The translations under genes were made by a program, and so were the position numbers. DNA of 63,757 nucleotides, counting the filler, from Octopus bimaculoides (lineage: Eukaryota), in assembly GCF_001194135.2 (NCBI RefSeq). It is 7 parts of 6 records of this genome, joined end to end, with 100 filler letters (N's around TTAATTAATTAA, not from the genome) between each part and the next. Parts side by side here need not be neighbours in the genome. Positions count along the whole stretch, not along the records: positions 32,370 to 58,878 come from NC_068982.1; positions 58,979 to 61,283 come from NC_068995.1; positions 61,384 to 62,549 come from NW_026349070.1; positions 62,650 to 63,757 come from NW_026394785.1; 3 more parts are not named here. One strand, written 5' to 3'. Below are positions 53,020 to 63,757 of this stretch, piece after piece (the stretch's first letter is position 1; every line of letters begins with the position of its first letter). The notes under the pieces are model-generated. The model was not told the DNA's origin and did not search any database. It was given only the letters and a program-made list of their open reading frames with translations.

Positions 53020-53880
53020 GTAAATAGCACAACGTCATAAGTTTCAGCACGCTTTAATATTATAATACCAAAACGTTATAGTGTAGAGTTATGGCATCAT
53101 ATTATAGTGCCTAAACTTACAAAATCACAATTAATATGTGACAAAACCTCCGAATTTCACAAGTTTAGTAGATAAAAAACATCAAAATTCTACAAGTTTA
53201 GTGTACAGTATATCACATATTTATTATATGACAAAACAGTAAATCCCAACCACAATTTTAGTACGGCACTATTTCCTAATATTAATCCGGAACAATTTCA
53301 CAAATTTAGTGCATTACAACGTCACAGTTCTTGTATATCATATAATTCTGCAACTTTGTATTTCATACTAAAGTACTAATACGTCACAATGACAATTTTT
53401 AATATGAACGCACCATTACAAGTTGTTAACATCATCATATCTACAATTTTAGAACACTAATGCTACAAAGTTTTGTGCATCACAATACATAAACCCACTA
53501 TTTTATTACATCATAGTTGCTTCAATTGTAGTGTATCACGTTTGCTCTAGCAAATTACCACAATTTTTACATCACTATGACTGTGGTTTAGCACCCCTCA
53601 TTACTACAGTTATAGAACGTTATAAATGCTAAAATTTTAGTTTGCTGCACTGTAAACACTTTTTGTTTAAATCACAATGCTATAAAATAACAAAGTCATA
53701 AGTGGCAGCATTTTTGTGCGTCAAACAACACAAAGCCACAATTATTGTTCCTTTTGCTAAAACTTAAACGTGATACAACTCTGCAATTTTAGTATGTCGC
53801 ATGTCATAATGTCACAATACGACATATTTAGTATATTCCCCATACGTTACAATGTCACAATTCAAATACACCATAATTCT
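53020..53880. repeat. Ancient degenerate tandem array (CACAATTTTAGT-like motif)
   Basis: Recurrent acaagtttagtg / cacaattttagt / cacaaatttagtg / tacaattttaga motifs at irregular spacing. Confidence 0.55.
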
Positions 53881-54193
53881 TTCATAATGTTAAAATATCT
53901 CAAGGCAAACTATTTAATTTATCCTTTTTGTTGAAGCTCATTCCTTCCACTAGGCACCACATTGAAGTAAGAGAATAGTTAGCGAAACAATCTCAGGTAG
54001 TGGGTGACTTAGGCAGTGTAATTTGTGATTTAAAGAGTTACTGAAGAGTTAGAAAATGAAAAGGTTTAAGGTAGAGAATGAGTGAAATTGTGACTGTAGC
54101 AATGACACAGGCCAGATAGTAACGAATGAAAAGTGATACTCATCACAACAAAAAACAAACAAAAAACGATTTATTGTTTTCAGATTTACTTAC

Positions 54194-54248
54194 TATCAAA
54201 ACAAAGTTCCCTCAGGTTCGTAAATCTCTGGGAGAATTTTTCCAGAAA
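54194..54248 (-). CDS. FBXO41: FBXO41-like exon (55 nt)
   Basis: Acceptor ttgttttactcatttag|TTT and donor GATA|gtaagt. Encodes FLEKFSQRFTNLRELCFD, LRR-like. Phase 0 to 1 fits both neighbours. Confidence 0.85.
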
Positions 54249-55259
54249 CTAAATGAGTAAAACAATAACAGTTTAAGTTAAAATAAGATGTTTTAGTGAT
54301 ATCAAAGTAATGAGCATTTTTTTATCGTTAGAAAATAAAATTATATTCGTTAATAGTTCTGAATTTAAATCAGTTCAAATCTGAAGTTGACTTCAACAAT
54401 ATATTGATATACTCGAAACGATTTAAGGTAGTGTATCTCCTGACATGAAATAGGTTCTTTGCCCCAAACATTAGGAATACTAATTAAGAAAGAAGTAAAA
54501 GCGAGTGACAGAAAATAGGAAGGATGCAAATTCACAGTACCCCATTTCTTTGCTTCCTAAAATATTTAACAGTGTAGAACACAAACACTACACAGTAAAA
54601 AAATAATCAGTCTGCAAGGCGAAACCACAAACCATTTTCTATTCCTAGCTGAAGCTATTTCATTTCAATTTACTCTGCTCTAAAGCTCTTGGAGAAGGCA
54701 TGAACGCCATACAATTTTATTCCTTCTCCTTATAAATTCGTGACATTGAACCTTAAAATGCTACCCCACGCATGTCTTAAAAATCCTTCGCAACTAAAAC
54801 ATTTTGTAATCTCAGCTTTTTCATGTAGGAATACTATAAAATCTGTAATTAACTCCTAGAGTATTAAATGCGCAATTCGGTTTTAATTCTAGTTGGGTGT
54901 CATGTGTTTGTAAATTCGACTAGAGTTGGTGATGGATGGGATTACACTAGATAAACTAAATCTTAAAACACTATGTAAAATATAATTTTCTGTGCTGACT
55001 TAATCTCCCAATGGGATTCAGCGTGGTGGCATTTCACAGCCGCAAATCCGATCTCCTGTTTTAGGGGGAAGCTGTGGCTGTTAAATCCTCTTAGGACAAA
55101 TTCATTACAAATATAGCCCAAATATTTGTTCCTCATATATAAGATATCATCAAGTAATAGGAAATCTCATTATCAATATCAATATAAACACTAACCAAAT
55201 ATTTCACTGTGTTAGTATTGTCGGGTCAGAAAATAATCCCTAATTTACTACTCATTAAA

Positions 55260-55696
55260 TATTGGTTTCAAATTTAGACACAAGGCCAGTAATTTTGAGG
55301 GACGGGGTAAGTCGATTACACCGATCCTAGTGCTCAACTTGTACTTATTTTATCGACTCCGAAAGAATGGACGGCAAAAACCTCGGCGGAAATTGACATC
55401 AGAACGTAGCCTTGAACGAAATACTGTAAAGCATTCTGCCTGGTATATTAACGATTCTTATTTCTTTACTGCCCACAAGGGGCTACACATAGTGGGGGGG
55501 GGGTCAAACAAGGACAGACAAACGGATTAAGTCGATTATATCGATCCCAATGCGTAACTGGTACTTATTTAATCGACTCCGAAAGGATGAAAGACAAAGT
55601 CGACCTCGGCGGAATTTGAACTCAGAACGTAGCGGCAGACGAAATACCGCTAAGCATTTCGCCCGGCGTGTTAACGATTCTGCCAGCTTGCTGCCT
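55260..55696 (-). mobile_element. Two SINE B copies; 55457-55696 is full length and CpG-intact
   Basis: Reverse complement of 47866-48098. Confidence 0.9.
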
Positions 55697-56214
55697 TCTG
55701 TTCATTAAATATTCATTTAACTTGGCTTAGAAATTACAAAGCAATTTGTTTTGCGGAGCAGAAGTTGTTGGATACTTGAATCACATCAATATATTACAGG
55801 TACTTATTTGTTATTTAACCTTAAACCTTAAAACGAAGTCGAATACGTAAACTCAGAACACGTAAAAAGATCAAGTACGTTTTGGCAAAAGCGACTGAGT
55901 GCATCGTTTACATTTTAAATGATGTGTTCAATTGTTTCTGTTAACCTAATATAAACTCTTAGCTCAAATTGTCATTTGTTCAATATATATTTCAATTATT
56001 TATGAATAACTCTATATCTTCTACTCATGAATAATACACACCATTGCCATTTTTAATCATATTAATCTCTCACAGTCTTCAAAGAACCCAAAGTGCATCG
56101 CAAAAGGTTGGTTTCCCCAATATATTTTTTACACAGCACAAATGCATCGTACACTCGGACTAACAAGATTATTTGGTAGAATTTGAATGAAAGCTTGTTC
56201 CTGTACCACGCAGG

Positions 56215-56254
<40 letters not shown>

Positions 56255-57330
56255 CATCTCTCTCGTAAATCTAAACCTTTTTGAAAATATATTCTTTCGA
56301 ATTTTTTAAATTTATATTTAACTTTACAACTATCTTAGAAAACAGTAAAAACAAAATATTCTAGTGTCTGTTTAATGGCAATGTCTGAGGCACACAGCAG
56401 ACCATGGAACTACATCTGAGTGAATTCCATCAAATTAATTACAATAAATTACATGTCACGAGGAAAAAGAGAAGCCAGTTGTTTCGGACAGAAATTTTCA
56501 TCGGAGTGAGATCAAAGGTTTAGTGGCTACAACAGTTGTGGTTTTAATCTGAACATAAACTCAAACGATTTACTAGTATATAAAAAGAGTAAGGCCTTGT
56601 TTCACTTGGTGATCCTGTAAGTGAAACAACTGAAGTCGGTAGAAACCGTTATTTACCGGAAACTCGGCAAGGAGAGCGAAAGAAACCCTGCATAACAAAT
56701 TGGTACTTCTAAAGTCTGGTGTCTTAAAAAATGCCTTTGATATATATATCTCTTGAACGATTATACCAGTTAACGATTGCTCCTTTATCGACAAGCCACA
56801 TCACAACATATTGTTTGTAGACAGCTGCTGCCCACTAATACATAAGTTTTATGAGGCAAAGCAATGCGATACGCGACTCAGTGAGGACATAATCTTGTCC
56901 AATACTTTGATCATGGTTGCATTCTCAACAGCTCCAAGTTTTTCCGTCTGTACATGTGTGTTGTGATTGAAGCATTGGTTCATTACAGCCTACTCTGAAT
57001 TATGAATTAATCCCAACAGTACAAAGAAGTTAATTGTACTTTCAGTGTTCAGTGTATTAATTCAAAACATCACGTACACAACATAAATCCGTTCAGTCAA
57101 TTCAAATTTTTGATTTCAAATAAAAATGTCCTCTCAGTTTTCACTGCTTGATTCGGTCGAGTACAATCATGTATTATTTTACTTTCATTTTATTATGCCG
57201 ATCTTGACCGATTTCAGTAGTTTGACTTGCTGGATCACGAAGCAAAACATTGCCGAAAGAAAAACAACTCAAGCTAGAATAAAACAAATTATAAAAATAA
57301 AGCAGAAAAAAGAAGAAATATTTTTCTTAC

Positions 57331-57497
57331 GTTCGTTGTCATGCGACCATAGGAAAAATCAACTAATTGCCATAGTGAAGGATGGCAGCTAGCTCTTTTC
57401 CATTTCTTACAAACCAAAGGTATAATGAATATTAAGGTTTTCTGCTCTAGAAAACTGAATATCTCGGTTAACAAGTTCTCGTCCAATGAATCTGCGT
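57331..57497 (-). CDS. FBXO41: FBXO41-like exon (F-box domain)
   Basis: Acceptor ttttcag|AC and donor AAC|gtaaga. Encodes ADSLDENLLTEIFSFLEQKTLIFIIPLVCKKWKRASCHPSLWQLVDFSYGRMTTN, a canonical F-box (EIFSFL...VCKKW...HPSLW). Phase 1 in, phase 0 out. Symbol assigned from recalled similarity of the joined exons to FBXO41, not from a database search. Confidence 0.9.
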
Positions 57498-57989
57498 CTG
57501 AAAATGTTCGATATCATTTTATTAATGTTAATACCAGTGTTTCACATGGGGATGATGGTGGCTATGAGGATTGAAAATGGGGTGGAAAAAATAACATATT
57601 ACTAAAATTAAGATCGTTTCCAACTTTTTAAAACTTATCCAACATCATGGGGGAAGAAACAAGAGTTATATAAACGCAAAACCTACTTTCTCTTCTCATT
57701 AATAAAAATATTGAGTCGGAGTGTTTTTTTTTTGGATGGGGTGGGGACAGTTTGATGTTTTCCAATCTTAGACACGCTACGTCATATGATCTTTTCACTA
57801 GGCACAAGTCCATATTTGTACGAAAAGAGTATAAAGTTTGTTTATTATTAATCCACATTGTCTTACTAGTCACTATTTCACCAACTCTAAACGTGATGAA
57901 TGGTCAAGTCTAGGAATAGTCTGCCAGTAATTCAAAGGTCTATAGACTCGGCCATCTTCAGTGAATACTGCAATATGGCCGCTCATAAT

Positions 57990-58878
57990 CCTTTCTATTA
58001 TAGGCACAAGGCCTGCAATTTTGTGGGAAGCGGGAGTGCTAGCCGATTATGTCTTGCCAGTGCTCAAATGATACTTATTTCATCGACTTCAAAAGACTGA
58101 AAAGCAAAGTCGATCTCCGTCGAATTTGAACCCAGAAAGAAGCCGGAAGTTGGCCGCTCATAATAATAATAGCTTTTTATTGATAGATTAGAAGTCAGTA
58201 GAACGACTGTCAGTACGCTTTGCAGTATATAGTTCCGTCCCTTTACATTCTGAATTCCAGCGGAGTTGACTTCGCTTTTAATCCTTTCTAGTACTGGGAA
58301 TTATTTTATCGACTATTTATTGCATTGTACTATAACTAAAAATCACGATATATTACTCAGTTTGAAAATCACAGCGAGAATAAGGTTGAGTGTTAAATGA
58401 ATTAGTCTCCTCATTAGCTCTGCCGACGGGCATCATTCTTAACATAAATCATTATTACTTAGAGTTACCTCTAAATAAAATTGATGCTTCTACTTCTCCA
58501 AATAAAACACTGTATTTTAGTCATTGTGTAAGACGGTGAGCCGGCAAAATGCTTCGAGGCATTTCATCCGTCTTCACATTCTGGGTTCAAATTCCACCGA
58601 GGTCGAATTTGCTCTTCATCTTTTCGGAGTCGATAAAATAAGTACCAGTGAAACACTGGAGTCGATGTAATCGACTACCCTCCTTCTCCAAAATTTCAGG
58701 CGTTGTACTTCTGGCAGAAATGATTTTAGTCATCGTGTATTGATAAGTGTATTTTGAAAGAAAAGAAATATGAATAAATTCACAAGACAATATTCTTTTT
58801 TACTCTAGGCACAAGACCCTAAATTTTTGGGGAGGGAGCCAGTCGATAAGACCGACCCCTGTACGCAAATGGTACTTA
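57990..58878. mobile_element. Several SINE B fragments in both orientations
   Basis: B motifs near 57990-58160, 58190-58300, 58533-58720 and 58800-58878. Confidence 0.7.
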
Positions 58879-59915
58879 NNNNNNNNNNNNNNNNNNNNNN
58901 NNNNNNNNNNNNNNNNNNNNNNTTAATTAATTAANNNNNNNNNNNNNNNNNNNNNNNNNNNNNNNNNNNNNNNNNNNNTCTCTTTCTCCCTCTCTATCCA
59001 TCTACGTATTTATTTATCAATCTATCTTTCTCTTTCATTCGCTCACTCAATAATAGAGCCTCTATCTGGTCACTTAACCTAATAGAAATAGTAACTGAAT
59101 CTCTCTCACATTACGTCTTTCCATCATTAAAAGGAAATAATGAACATCAACAATATCCTAGAAACTGCAGAGCGAAATGCACAATGTCTGCAAAAAAAAA
59201 AAACAATACGTGTTGATCACGGCTGGGACACCTTTGATCATGTCCGCTTAATCAGCGCTGACGTCAGTTAAACGACGACAATTGTTTCGTAAAAACAATT
59301 GATGATAAAAATAGAGAAATAATTTGTTTTATTACCACAATAAAACTTTGCTGCCTTGATAGGAAAGTGCGGGTGAAGGGAGTTAACCGTCATAAGCAAA
59401 CAGCTGAGCAAAACTTGCAAGACAAGAAATACAAGTTAATGGAGTCATCGCAAGTGCTGACATGAAATTGTATTGTTGTGAGTCGTTCAGTGCAAATAAA
59501 TCATCTTTGATATTATTGAATTTAATGCTCAATAACTTTGATCTATAATTGTTTCTGTGTTCGATAGAAAATCAATAACAAAGTGGCGTAGAGTAAATAA
59601 GTATTAAGCCGAACCTACATCATCTGCGTTTCGATTTGAGGTTGCAGTTATTGTATGTCACTTCACATCAGTTACTAAGACATCTGAGAAAGGCATGAAT
59701 GTCACGCAATCTTAGTCACCTTATTTGTACCGATGTTAGTGTCTATGACTTTTGTAAACACTCCCACACTGATGTGACTGAAATACTGGTGTGTATATCA
59801 TATACAATGTATATACAAACGGGGAAAGGCAATAACTGTAACATTTTGTGTCAAGAAAACTTCTGAAAGGGATCTTGTTAAAGACTACAGGGTTTGCACA
59901 TAATGTCTTCGGTGG

Positions 59916-59964
59916 GTCATCAGACACCGGAGTTTCGACGTCTTTTGATCTCCTCAGTGACGAA
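59916..59964 (-). ncRNA. Minimal type I hammerhead ribozyme-like motif (Penelope-associated type)
   Basis: Minus strand: ttcgtca-CTGAGGA-GAT(caaaagac)GTC-GAAA-C(tccggt)G-TC-tgatgac. Stem I 6 bp, stem II 3 bp, stem III 2 bp with a CCGG palindromic loop, GUC triplet. Confidence 0.65.
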
Positions 59965-62126
59965 TACAGACACTCTGAAACAACCCGAAAATATTCGTTC
60001 TGATATCGAAATCATTAGATAAGCATTCATTCACTGATTTGTGGGGAAGCTGGCCAGGCTAGAGCCCTGCTCTTTCTTTTTTTAATGCATAAGTTTCTTC
60101 GAACAGTATCTCTGAAGCAAAATATTACTGCTTGGGCCGTTCCATATGTGTATATACATTATGAACATTATTACACACATCGTTCTTTTAATTCAATGCT
60201 GTTTCATGTGTGCATTTTAATTATAGATGTGTTCGATATAACGGCTAAATCCCAAGCTGAACACTATGCATGAACAGGAAGATCTAGATCAAATGTTTAC
60301 AGTAGAATAAACTCCAGTACAACCGCTCAAGGATCTTATAAGGATGTTGAGCCATGCAGTGTATTAGCTCTAATACACTAAAAACTCAAGACTAGGTAAA
60401 CGTGTTAGACTGGGTGATGTGTTTGACCTGTAACATAAAGAAACATCAATGGTTGTAATGCATCTCATAATCTCTTGGAATGTAGAGAAACCAATGAAGT
60501 CAAAGTCGGGAATGTTTGGTGGAGACTTTGGTGGTGCCTTTCCATTTCCAAACTATGTTTACCGGAATATTGTAACACTCATCAATTTTACAATGCTCCT
60601 ACTGCTTACAGTTCGTCGCTGTAAGGAGCACCAGGAGGTATCTATTTACAATTAAGTGGACTGGGCCGTTGATGGGTTGACATGTCATAACTTCTGTTAC
60701 GCAATCCGAACTACCGCCATTTTGGCTGGTAGTGGTGCAACATCCGATCTCTTTAATCATGCGGGACACCCTCTCCACCCACTCTCTCACTCTCTCTCTT
60801 TCTTCATTATCTCTCTCTCACTCTATTTTCATATTCTCTCTTCTATTTCCATCCCTCTCTACCCACCACCCTTTCTCTATTCCATTTCCTTTTCCCATCT
60901 TCCTCCCCTATTCCCTCCCCTCTTTTCTCTCTTCCACTGTCACCGTCCTCACCATTCCTTCTCCTTCCCCTCCCCTCATTATCCTACCTCTTCCTTCTTC
61001 GCCCCTTCACTATCTCTCCCATTCCCTCTCTCTCCCTCCTCCCCCTCTCGCCCTCTCCTCGTTCAAAATCGATATGATCACTTCTACAGATGACACAATA
61101 ATAAAAAGAAAAGTTGTCACACAGAAAAATCCACGACCCGATATCGATCCTAGTTAAAATGCATCTTCCTCCAATATATGCACATATCACAGCTGCTCCA
61201 AATGAAGCCATATATATGTGTGTGTGTGTCTGTCTGGTATGTATGTATGTACCTATGAGTGAGTGTATATATATATATATATANNNNNNNNNNNNNNNNN
61301 NNNNNNNNNNNNNNNNNNNNNNNNNNNTTAATTAATTAANNNNNNNNNNNNNNNNNNNNNNNNNNNNNNNNNNNNNNNNNNNNCAGACAAACATAAAAGG
61401 GGTGGAGTAGCTGTATCGATTAAATACTTACGCCACTCCTACGCCTATAAAAACGAATGGCTGCGTTGGCCGGGACGCATATATTTTACTGTAACATAAT
61501 CTTATACATTCAAACCTTTTTCAAAAATATCTAAGCTAATGAAAAAATGCTACTGACACGACCACTAATTCTGACTTTTATTAACCTATCCTATGTGCCA
61601 AATCAAACCACTATTTTCAGTAATCTTTCTTTTGTGGACCTTTAAATAGCACAAAGCTAACCCTATGCAAAAAATATATCGTTTTACTTTCTTCACCATA
61701 AACATTCAATAAATTATAACTATATTCTTTAAAAAGAAACCAGATATAATCACTAGTCTGAATTACATGCATACAAAATTAAAACCAATTTTGTGCACTA
61801 CATGAATCCTACTGGGAGGGTTGTTGAGAATGGAGTCGTTCACTAATAAAACATATAAAGTGACATTCGTTGGGAACATCTCCAAAACAAATGCTATATT
61901 TATCAAACATCTATGACACTTTGAAGAGATCGAATTCGTAGATGCAAGACATGACAAAGCACGATATCGGAATATTTGCACTCGCATAAATTACAAATGA
62001 AGAGAGTTATAAATAGTTAATTAAAGACGCCGAAGTATTCATTAAAAAATAACGATAAATTAAAAGTTTATGAACGGATGCTAGCATAGGCGCAGGTGCA
62101 ATTGCATGGTCGGTCATATACGTGCT

Positions 62127-62172
<46 letters not shown>

Positions 62173-62173
62173 C

Positions 62174-62524
62174 ATTTAAAATATAGAGATGCCTATAATA
62201 AGACATCTAACCCGCTAGAAAGAGCAGCAAAAGACTCTATACCACAAAAATAGGGATAATTTCGAAAGAGAATGAAAAATAAAAACATTTTTACCAGTCT
62301 ATACTCTGTACCATGGTTTCAAGCTATTTAGCAAGATAAAAATATATCTAACTCGGAAACTATCTTCAGCAGAGTACCGGAATAGCGTGTAAACACGAGT
62401 CATAGGAAAAAACATGACTTGCGTTTACATGCTTAATTTTTCAAAAATTAACCGCGCATGTGCGCATTAACTTATCTTTCTAGCGGGTTAGATGTCCTAT
62501 TATAGGCATCTCTATATTTTAAAT
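62174..62524. mobile_element. MITE with about 50-bp terminal inverted repeats
   Basis: atttaaaatatagagatgcctataataagacatctaacccgctagaaaga is mirrored at 62475-62524 (1 mismatch). Confidence 0.85.
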
Positions 62525-62649
62525 CAATAATATATATGTAGTCTATTGANNNNNNNNNNNNNNNNNNNNNNNNNNNNNNNNNNNNNNNNNNNNTTAATTA
62601 ATTAANNNNNNNNNNNNNNNNNNNNNNNNNNNNNNNNNNNNNNNNNNNN

Positions 62650-62689
<40 letters not shown>

Positions 62690-63209
62690 CATAAGTATAT
62701 ATATATCAGAGTATATTGAACAACATACATGATAAATGTTTAATGTACTGGAATTATACCGACTTCTTAAGTGCTTGGTACTAATTGCCGCCAACTCCAA
62801 ATGAGAAGTGTCGATAATCTTGAGAATCATAAATTCTCCAAAATTGACAAGTCATTGACAAAAACATGCAGTCTGACTGTTTGAAGATTAAGAAGGCAAC
62901 TGTAGGACTCTCAGTAAGCGTCCACTGCATAACCACTGTCCTACCGTATTTTAAGCAAACAGAATACTTAGACATACACTAAGTAATTTGTGGCCTGAGT
63001 AATTTGTGGCCTGAGTAATTTGTATAAATGAAACGATAATGATATAAGAGAAATAACTTGGGTTGGCCAGTAGTATTTATTTGTACCACAGAGACTAAGA
63101 AGGGTATATTAAATAACATACGAGACATTTTCTGGTTTTATCTCTACTTTTAGAGAGGATAGACTAAACGCTGAAAGCTAACCATGAAGAAATTTCTATT
63201 TTAATATTG

Positions 63210-63665
63210 GTTTCAAATTTTGGCGCAAGGCAAGTTTCGGGTGAGGGGCTATGTCGATTACATCGACTCCAGTACTGAACTGGTATTTATTTTGAGGACC
63301 CCGGAAAGATGAAAGACAAAGTCCACCTCGGCGGTATTTGAACTCGGAACGTAAAGATGAACGAAATTCTGTTAAGCATCCTGCCAGGCGTGCTAACAAT
63401 TCTAGCGGATTACCGCCTTAGCTTCAGTATTAATATTGATGTTCATAATTCCATTGTACTTTTAAATCAACTTTTAAATCAACTTCACTTTTAAGGTGAG
63501 CTGACAGAATCGATAGCTGACAGAATCGTCCGTCTTCAGGTTCTGAGTTCTAATTCCGCCGAGGCCGACTTTGTCTTTCAGCCAATCCGGAGTATATAAA
63601 ATAAGTACCAGTTGTGTACTAGGATCGATCCCCAAATTTGATGGCCTTGTGCCAAAAATTTGAAA
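63210..63665. mobile_element. SINE B minus (63210-63420) and plus (63495-63665)
   Basis: B-family motifs in divergent orientation. Confidence 0.75.
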
Positions 63666-63757
63666 TCAATATTGATATTCAAAATTAATATTACATATCT
63701 ATCTATCTATCTCCTTCCTCCCTCTCTCTCAGCCCCCTCTCTCTCTCTCTCTCTCTC

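Noticed and set aside
56573-56950. Alternative exon candidates between the F-box exon and 54248
   Set aside because: They have stops or weak sites, and the direct 57331-to-54248 join already gives a collinear FBXO41-like sequence.
60656-61157. 140-aa ORFs in CT-rich sequence
   Set aside because: Polypyrimidine low-complexity sequence with no domain signal.

Overview
AT-rich, microsatellite- and retroposon-saturated eukaryotic DNA. The repeat repertoire (several tRNA-head SINE families, RTE-type LINE 3' ends with (GAT)n tails, mariner and DD37D transposon relics) points to an octopod cephalopod genome; this is inference, no search was run. The window is a scaffold of seven blocks joined by six identical 100-bp spacers (44 N + TTAATTAATTAA + 44 N), so adjacency across those joints is uncertain. 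One host gene can be reconstructed by hand on the minus strand: six phase-compatible GT-AG exons (57331-57497, 54194-54248, 52795-52855, 52077-52175, 46107-46256, 36191-36312; 654 nt). They encode an F-box plus LRR-like region collinear with my recollection of the C-terminal half of vertebrate FBXO41. Its first and last exons were not found. Almost all long ORFs in the supplied track are low-complexity or gap artefacts. The most interesting non-genic signals are two minimal type I hammerhead-ribozyme-like motifs of the Penelope-associated kind (3548-3600 +, 59916-59964 -), several long inverted-repeat/foldback elements, inverted SINE pairs bracketing FBXO41 exons, a CpG-retention boundary inside the gene, and satellites born from SINE ends. 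I see no evidence for a complete novel multi-gene system; the findings are hypotheses.
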